64,000 nucleotides of DNA from an uncultured virus (IMG/VR IMGVR_UViG_3300031669_000004) (IMGVR_UViG_3300031669_000004); one strand, 5' to 3'. Shown: positions 19,238 to 28,439, numbered from the stretch's first letter. Program-made: numbers and translations. Notes: generated from the letters alone by a model not told the origin.

Positions 19238-19862
19238 TATTAAGTAGTCTGCAGTTTTTAAAATGGTAGCGTTTCATATTTCTATCCCCACCTAGTTTTT
19301 TACAATGTGGGCACTGTGTAAGATCCTGTTTTTTCCCCATTCTATATTCTGACATTTTCTTACGGGTTTCCTCCGATAAAACTATTCCTATCCTTGCCGC
19401 GGACATTTTTAATTTAGACTCAGCAGAATGTGGCTTACCTTTACGCGGTGAGGGTTTACCTTTCTTAGCCATAGATAACTTTACCCTATGGCTTGTAGAT
19501 AACGGCCTACCTTTACTTGTTATAGATACACCCTTCTTGGACTCTGATATTTTCCGCTTTGTTTCATCTGAATGCCGAAGTCCAGAGACCCCTTCCCCAC
19601 CGTCAGTTACGTTAACTAGATTAAACCCTTCTTTCCTAAGTTGAGAAATTTGCTGTATTTCATCCAGCAATGCCAGTTCCTCTGACTCGCATTCAAAGAT
19701 ATAAACCGATATACTGTTCTTTCCATACTTTAGTACGGTTCTCTTGTAGTGGGGGTTACGGTTACTATTAAAATCGTAGGCCCTATTGCGGTACCCCTTA
19801 CCGACGTAAAAGGGTTCCCCATTTGGTCTACAATGTATATAAGTATAAAAGGTATCAGTCAT
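19218..19862 (-). CDS. Free-standing GIY-YIG homing endonuclease with NUMOD3-like repeats
   Basis: FYTYIH...FYVGKG, NVTDGGEG, repeated HSxETKxK(I/M)S motifs; start set at the second ATG (19862). Confidence 0.85.
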   Translation of the reverse strand: MTDTFYTYIHCRPNGEPFYVGKGYRNRAYDFNSNRNPHYKRTVLKYGKNSISVYIFECESEELALLDEIQQISQLRKEGFNLVNVTDGGEGVSGLRHSDETKRKISESKKGVSITSKGRPLSTSHRVKLSMAKKGKPSPRKGKPHSAESKLKMSAARIGIVLSEETRKKMSEYRMGKKQDLTQCPHCKKLGGDRNMKRYHFKNCRLLNNDRSYT

Positions 19863-19868
19863 ATACAT

Positions 19869-19874
19869 ATTATA
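19869..19874 (-). promoter_or_regulatory. Putative late-type -10 element (TATAAT), 6 nt before ATG
   Basis: Same geometry as the sites at 31362, 35652 and 61860. Confidence 0.55.
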
Positions 19875-19907
19875 GCATAAATCGAGATTAAAGAATTATC
19901 CTTTCTT

Positions 19908-19916
19908 TGGTATAAG
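19908..19916 (+). promoter_or_regulatory. TGGTATAAG putative early promoter
   Basis: Exact 9-mer found 10 times, each time in intergenic DNA at the head of a plus-strand unit. Confidence 0.8.
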
Positions 19917-19944
19917 AAGTTTGAAGAGGAAACATTGCCTCTTT

Positions 19945-19976
19945 GAAAGCTATGGCAATCATAGCTTTCTTTTTTT
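19945..19976 (+). terminator. Terminator-like hairpin in the Ubl leader (possible attenuator)
   Basis: GAAAGCTATG-GCAAT-CATAGCTTTC followed by a T run. Confidence 0.7.
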
Positions 19977-20016
19977 CGTAAATACCAACACTAACTTTTA
20001 GCTAAAAAGGAAAAGC

Positions 20017-20211
20017 ATGAACACAATCGTAGTTATCTCCACATCCGGTCAAGAATACACACTGCCAGGTACCACTTGGACTCCTGAGCAAGTTGTTAAC
20101 ACATACGCCTCTTCTGTTCCCGGCATCGGCTCCATGACTTCAGAAGTCACAACCGACGCTAACGGCGACAAACGTATCACCTTCCGTCCTCGCACTGGCA
20201 CCAAGGGCTAA
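20017..20211 (+). CDS. Ubiquitin-like (beta-grasp) modifier, PRTRC protein C-like
   Basis: 64 aa ending FRPRTGTKG; AAGGA RBS; upstream of E2, JAB and E1 genes; codon choice resembles the capsid gene. Confidence 0.8.
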   Translation: MNTIVVISTSGQEYTLPGTTWTPEQVVNTYASSVPGIGSMTSEVTTDANGDKRITFRPRTGTKG

Positions 20212-20251
20212 AAAGAAAACGGCAGCTTATCTAGATAAGTAGTCGTTTAAA

Positions 20252-20287
20252 GAAGATAGTCGGCTTATAACCCTATCTTCTTTTTTT
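20252..20287 (+). terminator. Intrinsic terminator after the Ubl gene
   Basis: GAAGATAG...CTATCTTC followed by T7. Confidence 0.7.
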
Positions 20288-20305
20288 AGCTTTTTATAAG
20301 ATATT

Positions 20306-20314
20306 TGGTATAAG
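20306..20314 (+). promoter_or_regulatory. TGGTATAAG putative early promoter
   Basis: Exact motif upstream of 20359. Confidence 0.8.
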
Positions 20315-20358
20315 AGTTTTGAAGACCTATTTATTTAACCTAACAGGGGATAATCATT

Positions 20359-21027
20359 ATGATAAACACAACTAGTACTTTTAATGACTGGCTGACTACA
20401 CGTTCTAAAGCCCTTTCCGATTCAATATTCGTTACCAGGATGAAGGATGCTTCCTTCCTCTTTTTAACAAAATGTAAGCTAGTCACTAAGAGTTTTCAAG
20501 GTATTACTTTCTCAAGCCTTTCTCCAGGTGGCCATCTACCGTTGGAAGTCAAGAAGATACATAGGATAATACTTATTAATCTTCGTAAGAAATTCCCTAC
20601 CCTAAAGAGTGGTAACGAGGATTATGAAGCACCCTTCATCCATTACTATAATAGAGCCAACTGTATGTATATATACCTGATGTATACTCCAAGTATGGAG
20701 CGTATCATAGAAAGATACTTCAGGTATATCAAGATGAACGCATACTTAGTTGATAACCAAATACCACTGGTGTTCGATTATAGAGAGGATCTTGTCAACG
20801 CTGGACAGGGTACATGCAGGGTGTTAAGGCTAAAGTTTAACAACAGCTCTGGGCATAATGGTATACATCATTATAAGTTAGTATTTTTTATTCCCCAGAT
20901 GATAAAGGTATTATCAACCCTCCATAGAAAGGCCACTTTTAAACATGTCGAATTACCAAGCGCAACAAGTGAATCAAGCCCTGCCGGGACAACCAGTGAC
21001 GATAGAGTTGATGGGATTATCTTCTGA
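20359..21027 (+). CDS. Hypothetical protein in the Ubl cassette
   Basis: 222-aa ORF with AGGGG RBS. Confidence 0.65.
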   Translation: MINTTSTFNDWLTTRSKALSDSIFVTRMKDASFLFLTKCKLVTKSFQGITFSSLSPGGHLPLEVKKIHRIILINLRKKFPTLKSGNEDYEAPFIHYYNRANCMYIYLMYTPSMERIIERYFRYIKMNAYLVDNQIPLVFDYREDLVNAGQGTCRVLRLKFNNSSGHNGIHHYKLVFFIPQMIKVLSTLHRKATFKHVELPSATSESSPAGTTSDDRVDGIIF

Positions 21028-21310
21028 GGTAACATCTATCAGCAGTTCGGTGGCAGCTAAAGAAAATGGATTTGAGGTAGATGAGCTACTTAGGAAAGCC
21101 CCTGAAGTTGGGGATAAGTTCACCTCCTTAATAACCAGGGGGTTAACTATGCCTTTAGAAAACCTGGAAGATGTATTAGGGTTTTCTAAGGTTATGACTG
21201 AGTTAATTGAGCAAAATTATGCAACCCTACCGCATATCTGGACCATAACGGAAGATATAAAAAGAGCTAATTATTATAGTGGATTAAGTTTAGAGGACGA
21301 TTACATATGA
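20945..21310 (+). CDS. Hypothetical acidic protein in the Ubl cassette
   Basis: 121-aa ORF; ATGA overlap with the E2 gene. Confidence 0.6.
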   Translation: MSNYQAQQVNQALPGQPVTIELMGLSSEVTSISSSVAAKENGFEVDELLRKAPEVGDKFTSLITRGLTMPLENLEDVLGFSKVMTELIEQNYATLPHIWTITEDIKRANYYSGLSLEDDYI

Positions 21311-22101
21311 CAACAGAATTTGAACAACTGGGTATATTATTAGGTGGTAAAACCGACAGAATAGACGTAGAGAAAGCATTAAAGGAGTTCTATAGACAAA
21401 CCCACCCAGTGGCTTCATCTGCTAGGGTAGAAGCCCTACCAGTTATATTAAGCAAAACCCACGTTACTACTTTAGTTGACGGCGTCCCTAAAGCAATATC
21501 AATATCCGATTTCAAAGGCGTAATTAATGCTATGACATCGGAAGATGAAGAGAAGGTTCCTCCTATAAGTCTACCGTATGGCTGCTTTATGTTTAATAGA
21601 TCAGGGGAACATCTATACTTGAACTGTTACTATAGAGGTACTGTTAGCGAACTTAAGTTTAACAACAGGGATGGTAAGAAGAATAAGTATATGGTACCCC
21701 TTCCCCATGTAATTATCTCCTTCACCCTTAAAAAGGTGAACGATAGTATCTGGCAGGTAATGTTGGTTAAGTACCTCAGTACATCTAAGAGCGTGTCCCA
21801 ATTACCAGATAACATATTCTTCAACAAACCGCAAGGGGAGCATGGTATACACAAATTTCCTTTCCCAAATATGTACTCTGACGACAAGATGTGCTACGGA
21901 GGTAACACTATGCCAGTTAGATTCACCAATAACCTCAGGGGGCTGGACTACTATTACCAGATAATAACACAGGCACCTTTCAATTCCGATCTTGGGGTTA
22001 ATGGCCTAACGCAGAGTTTTACCCCAGAGCATTGGTTTACTCATCTGTCTGGTATGAAAGAATTCCCGTATGATTTGCTTAGTAACATAAACTACAATTA
22101 A
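21307..22101 (+). CDS. Prokaryotic E2-like conjugating enzyme (Prok-E2 D / PRTRC protein B-like)
   Basis: VPLPHVI and PFPNMYSDDKMCYGGN with candidate catalytic Cys; PFNSDL motif; gene context. Confidence 0.75.
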   Translation: MTTEFEQLGILLGGKTDRIDVEKALKEFYRQTHPVASSARVEALPVILSKTHVTTLVDGVPKAISISDFKGVINAMTSEDEEKVPPISLPYGCFMFNRSGEHLYLNCYYRGTVSELKFNNRDGKKNKYMVPLPHVIISFTLKKVNDSIWQVMLVKYLSTSKSVSQLPDNIFFNKPQGEHGIHKFPFPNMYSDDKMCYGGNTMPVRFTNNLRGLDYYYQIITQAPFNSDLGVNGLTQSFTPEHWFTHLSGMKEFPYDLLSNINYN

Positions 22102-22113
22102 GGAGAAACTGTA

Positions 22114-22590
22114 ATGAGAGAACTAATACCGCACGTTTGCTGCTTGTGCACACCTGAAGAGTTTGACGAAGTGGTTAAAGCTAATACACATGCTGAAGTA
22201 TATGTACAAGATGGTACTGGGTACCTTAAGCATGTCAAACTCAGCGGGGGTAGACACGTACGTATCAAGGTGGATAAGCTACCAGCAGCCGCAGCTGCGA
22301 TTATAGCGCCAACAGTAGAAGTTAAGGAAGACCTTAACTTTCTTCCGGCCGGTAAGATACCATACGAGTTCTTCGAACAAATCGTGGAATTCTTCCGTCA
22401 AGTAAGTAAGAAGATGAAGTCAGACTTCGAAGCTCATACATGGATTCTCTGGACTCCAGAACGTGGTTACTTTATCTCTGTTCCTAAGCAGAGTGTGAGT
22501 AAAGCCTCTGTGAGTTTTACGTATGATGATGAGAGCCTTCCACCAGGAAGCGTAATCGTCTGTGATATTCATTCGCATAATACCATGGGT
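22114..22590 (+). CDS. JAB/JAMM metallopeptidase, exon 1
   Basis: KIP...EAHTWI...VPKQSVSKASV...DIHSHNTMG; the JAMM motif is completed in exon 2. Confidence 0.88.
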
Positions 22591-22863
22591 AGATATTATT
22601 CTTAAAAAGAAAGTGCTCATGTAAAACCTGAAGAATTGCTGGAAACCCCACGGGGCAATCAGCAGCCGAGCCTCATAGTAGAGGAAGGTTCAGAGACTAT
22701 CGAAAAGCAATCGAAAGATTGAACTTAGTAGAGTACGCAGAAGTCTGCGGAAGCCTCAGGCATCGAAAGATGAAGATATAGTCCAATACCACGAATCGAC
22801 GTTACAGATTCAATACCGAAAGGGTGGATTTAAACCTAACGAGTTTAAACGTAATGAGTAGAG
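22591..22863 (+). mobile_element. Group I self-splicing intron (273 nt, no homing endonuclease ORF)
   Basis: P AATTGCTGGAAA 22634, Q AATCAGCAGCC 22657, R GTTCAGAGACTA 22688, S AAGATATAGTCC 22773; exon 1 ends in U and the intron in G; P1 and P10 pairings visible. Confidence 0.95.
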
Positions 22864-23628
22864 GCTTTCTACTCCGGAACAGATGACAACAACGATAAGT
22901 CTGGGATTTACTACTCAGCCGTTATCGGTAAATTAACGGAGACAACATTTGAATATGTAATACGTTTTAACTTGTATGAACAAAAGAAGAAATGTACTTT
23001 GGATGAGGTGTTCGATATACAAACAAAAAAGCCGGAAGTCCCACAGGCTTGGCTGGATCAAGTTGATAATAGACCTACCTCTTCTGTAGTTGTGTTACCC
23101 GGCCCAGGCTTTGGGAAAGGCCGTCGTCAAATGGGCCCTAGTCAGCAATCTGGATTATGGGACCAACGTGCACATGCGGATAATAACTATGGTCCATTTG
23201 GGTATCGGGAACTTGACCCTGCGTTCTTGCAGATGGCTGCAGATCAAGCTAAAGGAAGGAATGGTGGTAAAAAGAATCAAACAAAAAAAGGCATTCCCCA
23301 GGATGGACAAGAAAGTTCTGACATCTTCGTACCTGGGCCACAAGATCTTCATGTAGCTATGGCGAATGGTGAGGAACTCACTAGAAGTCAGATGCTTGCT
23401 TGTGGTTTTGACGTAGATGATACCCCAGGAGAGTTTGACGATTTGGACGACTTTGAGGGGTATGGTGAGTTATATGGTGGTGAAGCTTTAGAGGCCTTTA
23501 AGTTAATCGATGACTTCATCGTAAACTTGGAAAGCTGCGACAAGGCACTGCTCGATGTTATTCAACAAGCGTATGGTTTACTGACCTCTGAAGGACAGGC
23601 TAAGTTGGCCCAAGAAGGTCTGAGATAA
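22864..23628 (+). CDS. JAB/JAMM metallopeptidase, exon 2 (spliced product 413 aa)
   Basis: Begins AFYSGTDD, restoring HSHNTMGAFYSGTDD; in frame with the listed ORF 22972..23628. Confidence 0.88.
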   Translation, partial: AFYSGTDDNNDKSGIYYSAVIGKLTETTFEYVIRFNLYEQKKKCTLDEVFDIQTKKPEVPQAWLDQVDNRPTSSVVVLPGPGFGKGRRQMGPSQQSGLWDQRAHADNNYGPFGYRELDPAFLQMAADQAKGRNGGKKNQTKKGIPQDGQESSDIFVPGPQDLHVAMANGEELTRSQMLACGFDVDDTPGEFDDLDDFEGYGELYGGEALEAFKLIDDFIVNLESCDKALLDVIQQAYGLLTSEGQAKLAQEGLR

Positions 23629-23693
23629 TTCGTATTTTATGGTAAAAGAAAATAGAGGGAAAACACCTTCTATTTTCTAATAAAGGAGACAGT

Positions 23694-24965
23694 ATGTTAT
23701 TTAAATGGACCCCCAACTTTGTGCCAAACAAAGTGTTTATTTTTGGGTGTGGTGGGACAGGCAGTAGAGTTGTACCGTTGGTAGCACAGTTTATGAAGTC
23801 CTGTCCATGGGTTGTTAACCCAGAAATAGTACTTGTTGACTTTGATACCGTAGAAGAAAAGAATCTGCTAAGGCAGAACTTCATTCAGTCTGATGTTGGC
23901 AAAAATAAAGCGATAGTACTAGCAAGCAGGTACTCAAGGGCTTTTAATATCACTATAACTCCACTTATCACAAAGGTAACAAGGAACTGGAAGACAGATG
24001 CAGAGAGTTCCACCTTGGAGAGATTCGTGGGTATGATAGAGAGTAACGATAGACGTAATAATCTGTTTATATTATGTGTGGATTCTCCAAATGCAAGACG
24101 GGACATTGTCAATTGCATTCTAACCTACGCAGGTCAAAATCCTTATAACCTAATCATAGACGCTGGTAACGAAAACGACTTTGGACAGGTTGTCGTAAGT
24201 AGTACGCAAGGTATGGATACTGGGTCGTATGATAGAGGTATGTTGGAAAAATTAAAACAGGAAGTGCCGGTGGAATTGGGATTACCTTTTATACCTATGA
24301 ATCCAGCTTACTTCGATGAGATGCAAACCGTTTCAACTCCAAGTTGTGCAGAGTTGGATCAAACTATGGCTATCAATACACTGATGGCTGTAAATATCTT
24401 CGGCATAATCCAAAACATATATTATGTTAAACCTATGTCATTCTATAGGATTGATGTGAGTATGCAGTATGGTTCTATACCACAACAAATAACCGTGCAC
24501 TCTTTAAAGGCTTGTACTAATAAAACTAATAGGGAAGATAAGGTTGGCGGTACTCTAAGAAGGTTCCAGTTCCATGGTGATCTACAGAAACTGTATCGTA
24601 TGCAAGAGGAATTCCTTATTACGAGAGATATAGCGGAAAGGGAGGCTGCTAGAAAACGCGAGAGAGAAGCTAAAGAGGCAGCTGATAAATTGGCTAAAGA
24701 TCATGCTGCTATAATCAAAAAGGTTAAGGAGAATGACGCTGAACCTGCTTCAACTTTGGGAGAGATGCTTAAGAAGAAAATGACTAGTAAGGTGGATGAG
24801 GTGGACAACATTAGGCAGATAGACACTGTGTTGGGACGTCTCGCTGCATTAGATTCTACTGGGGTAATAAATTTGGCAGAGATGGTCAATGCTACAACAG
24901 CAACAAATGCAAGTGTAGTGGGTGGAGCAATACCTGCGGCACCAGCTGGACGAGCAAGGCGTTAA
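23694..24965 (+). CDS. ThiF/E1-like ubiquitin-activating enzyme with a C-terminal extension
   Basis: GCGGTG loop, DFDTVEEKNLLRQNF, GKNKA, CVDSPNARR, DAGN and PSCAE (candidate catalytic Cys). Confidence 0.9.
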   Translation: MLFKWTPNFVPNKVFIFGCGGTGSRVVPLVAQFMKSCPWVVNPEIVLVDFDTVEEKNLLRQNFIQSDVGKNKAIVLASRYSRAFNITITPLITKVTRNWKTDAESSTLERFVGMIESNDRRNNLFILCVDSPNARRDIVNCILTYAGQNPYNLIIDAGNENDFGQVVVSSTQGMDTGSYDRGMLEKLKQEVPVELGLPFIPMNPAYFDEMQTVSTPSCAELDQTMAINTLMAVNIFGIIQNIYYVKPMSFYRIDVSMQYGSIPQQITVHSLKACTNKTNREDKVGGTLRRFQFHGDLQKLYRMQEEFLITRDIAEREAARKREREAKEAADKLAKDHAAIIKKVKENDAEPASTLGEMLKKKMTSKVDEVDNIRQIDTVLGRLAALDSTGVINLAEMVNATTATNASVVGGAIPAAPAGRARR

Positions 24966-24967
24966 TA

Positions 24968-24999
24968 AAAAAGAAGGGGAAATTCTACCCTTCTTTTTT
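24968..24999. terminator. Bidirectional intrinsic terminator
   Basis: A tract-GAAGGG...CCCTTC-T tract between convergent genes. Confidence 0.75.
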
Positions 25000-25006
25000 A
25001 GCCGAT

Positions 25007-25408
25007 TTAGATTCTTTCCCTGGAAGCAGTAGTGAGGGTGTCGACTACGTTGAAATTAGCTAATGAAGTACCATCTTGCCTTAACAGGCTAAGCGTACCA
25101 AGGGTTTTATCCCATATCCATGAACCAAGAGATTCGTCTTCTATATTTTGTAGTATGACCGTATTGGTTCTACCTACTACTTCTATATCCGAGTATACTA
25201 ACCCGCCTACAAACATAGATAGCATACCGGTAGCCGTAGGTGTAAAATTGGCTGTATAAAGTCCGCCACCTATTTCAGTGTAGGTTATCGGAGTTATAGT
25301 AGTGGCTACACCATTCAATAGAAAGGTTGGAGTAAAGGTGGTTAATCCAGTTACTAGCCCAGTGCTAGTGAAAGGTATTCTAACTGGTAGGTTGATTATA
25401 ATTTGCAT
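25007..25408 (-). CDS. Hypothetical beta-rich virion protein
   Basis: 133 aa, T/G-rich; last gene of a minus-strand operon. Confidence 0.55.
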   Translation of the reverse strand: MQIIINLPVRIPFTSTGLVTGLTTFTPTFLLNGVATTITPITYTEIGGGLYTANFTPTATGMLSMFVGGLVYSDIEVVGRTNTVILQNIEDESLGSWIWDKTLGTLSLLRQDGTSLANFNVVDTLTTASRERI

Positions 25409-25898
25409 ATATGTAATCCTTAATGGCTTTCTCTTTATCTGCCGTATCTTGTTGCGTTTGACCTTCGGCTAGTTGACCTATACCAACTACGTCAAATGGG
25501 GGTAATACTTTGGAGTAACCCTCATTTATAAGAATATCTCTTATGTACATTACCGGCCCCTGTTCAAACACTGGAAGCATATGGATACTAACGTCAAGTG
25601 TTGCAGCCATATCCACTATGGCGAAGGCCATTTCTAAAGAGGTTATGTGTGGTAAATACTCAAAATCCGCTGAGTTGTTATTCATCACATTAGCTGCGTT
25701 AATCATAAAGATAACATCTTCGAAGAATAACTTAGGCTTATGCTCAATGACTTTCAGCACTGCTAGTTTATCAAATAGAATATCTGAATAAGGTAAGCCT
25801 ACTTCATAGAGCAGTGTCTCTGTTTCATAATCCTTCCACAGATTACCACCTAGCTTATTATCTAGAATTCTTTTCAGTATGGAAATAGGTATGTTCAT
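25380..25898 (-). CDS. Hypothetical protein
   Basis: 172-aa ORF overlapping its neighbours. Confidence 0.65.
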   Translation of the reverse strand: MNIPISILKRILDNKLGGNLWKDYETETLLYEVGLPYSDILFDKLAVLKVIEHKPKLFFEDVIFMINAANVMNNNSADFEYLPHITSLEMAFAIVDMAATLDVSIHMLPVFEQGPVMYIRDILINEGYSKVLPPFDVVGIGQLAEGQTQQDTADKEKAIKDYIYANYNQPTS

Positions 25899-26140
25899 TA
25901 TGGTTTATTCTGCCAGTTCTCGGCAAAGGATTGTCCTGTCTTACCAAGCAATACCACGAAAGTTATCTCAGCATATACTGGATCTAGATGTGGAAATGAA
26001 TGGTTTACAAATACCAAGGTTATTATGCCAGTGATAAGCATAGCCATCCATAGTACCATAATAAACCTCATAGAGCTAGTAGCCCCAGTACCATCCTGCA
26101 ACATACCTGGAGGTTTTGTTGTTGGGTCTTGGCTGCTCAT
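25898..26140 (-). CDS. Two-TM small membrane protein (holin-like candidate)
   Basis: SSMRF followed by two hydrophobic helices. Confidence 0.5.
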   Translation of the reverse strand: MSSQDPTTKPPGMLQDGTGATSSMRFIMVLWMAMLITGIITLVFVNHSFPHLDPVYAEITFVVLLGKTGQSFAENWQNKP

Positions 26141-26145
26141 TTTAT

Positions 26146-27024
26146 CTACACGTTCTTTAATATACCTAAAAGCATAACTTGTAAATCTCTTGGTAAGGCT
26201 TCAAGTACGGCCTTATCATTGCCAGGATCATTGGTCAAAGAATCGCCAACGTCCTTACCTATATAACTACCAATTCTGTCTTTACCAAGTGCCACTATCT
26301 TTGAATAAGGAACAGGTGTACCGTTTAGCTTGACGGTAAGCCCGGCAGCCATAGCGGACTGTTTGGTTATAAGCGCTTCTTTATAGAAGTTAAAGCCAAT
26401 AAGGTCTAGGCCGGCTTGTTTGTCTAGAATGGTTACAGCTTTGCAGATGTCGCCAATTGACATGAAGTCATCTTCTCTTACTGAATCATTGATGATCCTG
26501 GCTATCTTGATGAAACTAGGATTAGTTTGTTTGGTTGCGTAGTATCTATTAGCAAGTGTGGTAATAGCTGCTTGTTTATCTAAGTAGGCATGGCCTGCGT
26601 ATCTGCGGACTTCAGGAGAGGTAATCTCAGATGCATATTTCTCCATAAGATCTGATGCTTGTTCTGCAGCTTTTTCTATGTTCAGGAATCCGCATAGGTT
26701 ACCTTCAAACATGGCTTCTGCTGATTTGACAGTTACTGAGTTATCCTTTGAGGAAGCCTCTTTTGTCATTTGAGTAAATCTAGGAATGAACTTATCCATG
26801 TCCCCTTTAACCCCATATAGACTTGCGGCTTTTTCAAGCTTTTTTAATAGGTCTATATCTAATGTCTTGCCCGCTACTTTTACTAGGTAGGCGGCTGTCA
26901 AGTAAGAAGCGGCGGCTGAGTCTTTGTTATCCGTCGGAAAGTCTAATTCTAAACTAGCCTCCTTAACAAATCCTATTGCTTCTGGGACGATGGTTAATAC
27001 TTCTTTCAGATTATGAGCTAGCAT
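26146..27024 (-). CDS. Putative internal head protein rich in K-x-A sites
   Basis: VKEAS, EKAAS, TKEAS, EKAAE, EKYAS, DKQAG, TKQSA, as in the scaffold. Confidence 0.55.
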   Translation of the reverse strand: MLAHNLKEVLTIVPEAIGFVKEASLELDFPTDNKDSAAASYLTAAYLVKVAGKTLDIDLLKKLEKAASLYGVKGDMDKFIPRFTQMTKEASSKDNSVTVKSAEAMFEGNLCGFLNIEKAAEQASDLMEKYASEITSPEVRRYAGHAYLDKQAAITTLANRYYATKQTNPSFIKIARIINDSVREDDFMSIGDICKAVTILDKQAGLDLIGFNFYKEALITKQSAMAAGLTVKLNGTPVPYSKIVALGKDRIGSYIGKDVGDSLTNDPGNDKAVLEALPRDLQVMLLGILKNV

Positions 27025-27029
27025 AATGT

Positions 27030-28439
27030 TTATCCTTGGGTTCCGTATGCTGAGGTTACTATGTTAGGTACGTGAGTATCTACCATTCCCTCTAGTGTTC
27101 TTAAATATTTGTTAACCCCAAATGGGGATTTGTTTACCGGCGATGTTCCTGTTGCTGTTACTAATGCATTAACACCGCTATCAGTTGCGGCTTCACGTAT
27201 TGAGTTATCTCTCATTCTATCACGTATAGAGGATATAAGGGCACCAGTCCCTCCAATCATTGCCCCTGATATAAGTGCTCCACCAACTTCAGGTAAAGTA
27301 ATTCTCCCCCCTTTTAGTGAATGGTACAGTGTAGTAGCTATAGCACCACCTATACCACCACCTACAACTCCCGTGCCTATGTTGCCATAGTCGAAGTTAG
27401 GTTTCTGAGTGGTGATGGGGCCGTACTGCTCAATGAAGGCTACCTTCTTTTCTAATGGTAGTTGTTGAAATAAAGGGTTGTCTAATATCTTCTGCGGGCT
27501 AATACCTTTGTTCTGGTATCTGCTTACCAAGTTAGATAATAGTTGGTCTTCTAATGTAGCTGCTACTTTATCCATGCTTCCGTCCGGTTCACCATTGTAT
27601 ACTGGTGCCAATAATTTACGTCTTGAAGGATTACGGGCTTTCACCTGTATCTCCTTATTAATCCACTTATGCGGATTACTGAAAATCTCTTCTCTCAACT
27701 TCCTGCTAAAACCAGTACCTACATCAGCCACCTCACGGCCCGTTGAGTCTACTACTGTTAATGAACCAGCGGACTGTTTCGGGTTTCCAGATATATCAAA
27801 CTCTTGGTTTATTCGCTTTACCTTAAGGTTCCAGGTATTTACATGTTTTACTTTATGTCTAACATTAACGTCTTCAGGTGTTGTCAGTGAGGTTACTATG
27901 ACACCTTCTTGGCCCATCTTCTTAGTAGAGTCTATAAGGTCCTTAACGTTGTCTCTTCCTATTTTAACAGATATGGGTTTTAATATCTCTGGTTTATTAA
28001 AGGCTTGAGATACTTCTTTCATATGTTGTAGTTTATCCCCATACGTATTCATTTTAGGCGAAATAACATTTAACATTATAGCTCTTACTGGGCCTTCTTC
28101 CTGCTGGGTTTGTATAGATTTTGCCGGTAATGAATTCAGTATGCCACTTAATTTTGGGTGATCTTCCTTACCTAAAGAACTGTGGCCGGTGTGAACCAAT
28201 TCCACATTGTACACGTTTCCAGCGTATTGTGGAAGTGGGGTCTGAGTAAGTTGTGGTAGTTGGGCTGTTCTCTCTGGGAAGTTACCTTTCACTCCTTTTC
28301 TGCGGGAGAAGAAACGTAGATTACCTTGAGGACCTACTACCATAAAGAAGTTAGCCCCATCATGCTTTACAGACGCGGCTGGATCCTGTATCTTACTTAG
28401 ATCAGTATCATCTTCTTTATATTTAGCTCTATCGTACAT
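27030..28439 (-). CDS. ATP-dependent DNA ligase fused to a C-terminal Gly-rich hydrophobic domain
   Basis: Motif I VKHDG, FSR, EGVIV, KVK and OB-fold VGTGFS; DKVAA marks the junction to the extra domain. Confidence 0.85.
   Translation of the reverse strand: MYDRAKYKEDDTDLSKIQDPAASVKHDGANFFMVVGPQGNLRFFSRRKGVKGNFPERTAQLPQLTQTPLPQYAGNVYNVELVHTGHSSLGKEDHPKLSGILNSLPAKSIQTQQEEGPVRAIMLNVISPKMNTYGDKLQHMKEVSQAFNKPEILKPISVKIGRDNVKDLIDSTKKMGQEGVIVTSLTTPEDVNVRHKVKHVNTWNLKVKRINQEFDISGNPKQSAGSLTVVDSTGREVADVGTGFSRKLREEIFSNPHKWINKEIQVKARNPSRRKLLAPVYNGEPDGSMDKVAATLEDQLLSNLVSRYQNKGISPQKILDNPLFQQLPLEKKVAFIEQYGPITTQKPNFDYGNIGTGVVGGGIGGAIATTLYHSLKGGRITLPEVGGALISGAMIGGTGALISSIRDRMRDNSIREAATDSGVNALVTATGTSPVNKSPFGVNKYLRTLEGMVDTHVPNIVTSAYGTQG

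Noticed and set aside
19218..19868. GIY-YIG gene as part of an intron in terL
   Set aside because: No group I P/Q/R/S elements flank it, and the terminase ORF is continuous with its own N-terminus.
22114..23628. Two separate genes or a JAB pseudogene, as the ORF track suggests
   Set aside because: A group I intron with correct splice-site pairings restores one frame and the full JAMM motif.
23694..24965. Thiamine or molybdopterin biosynthesis role for the ThiF protein
   Set aside because: No thi, moa or cysteine desulfurase genes nearby; its neighbours are E2-like and JAB genes.
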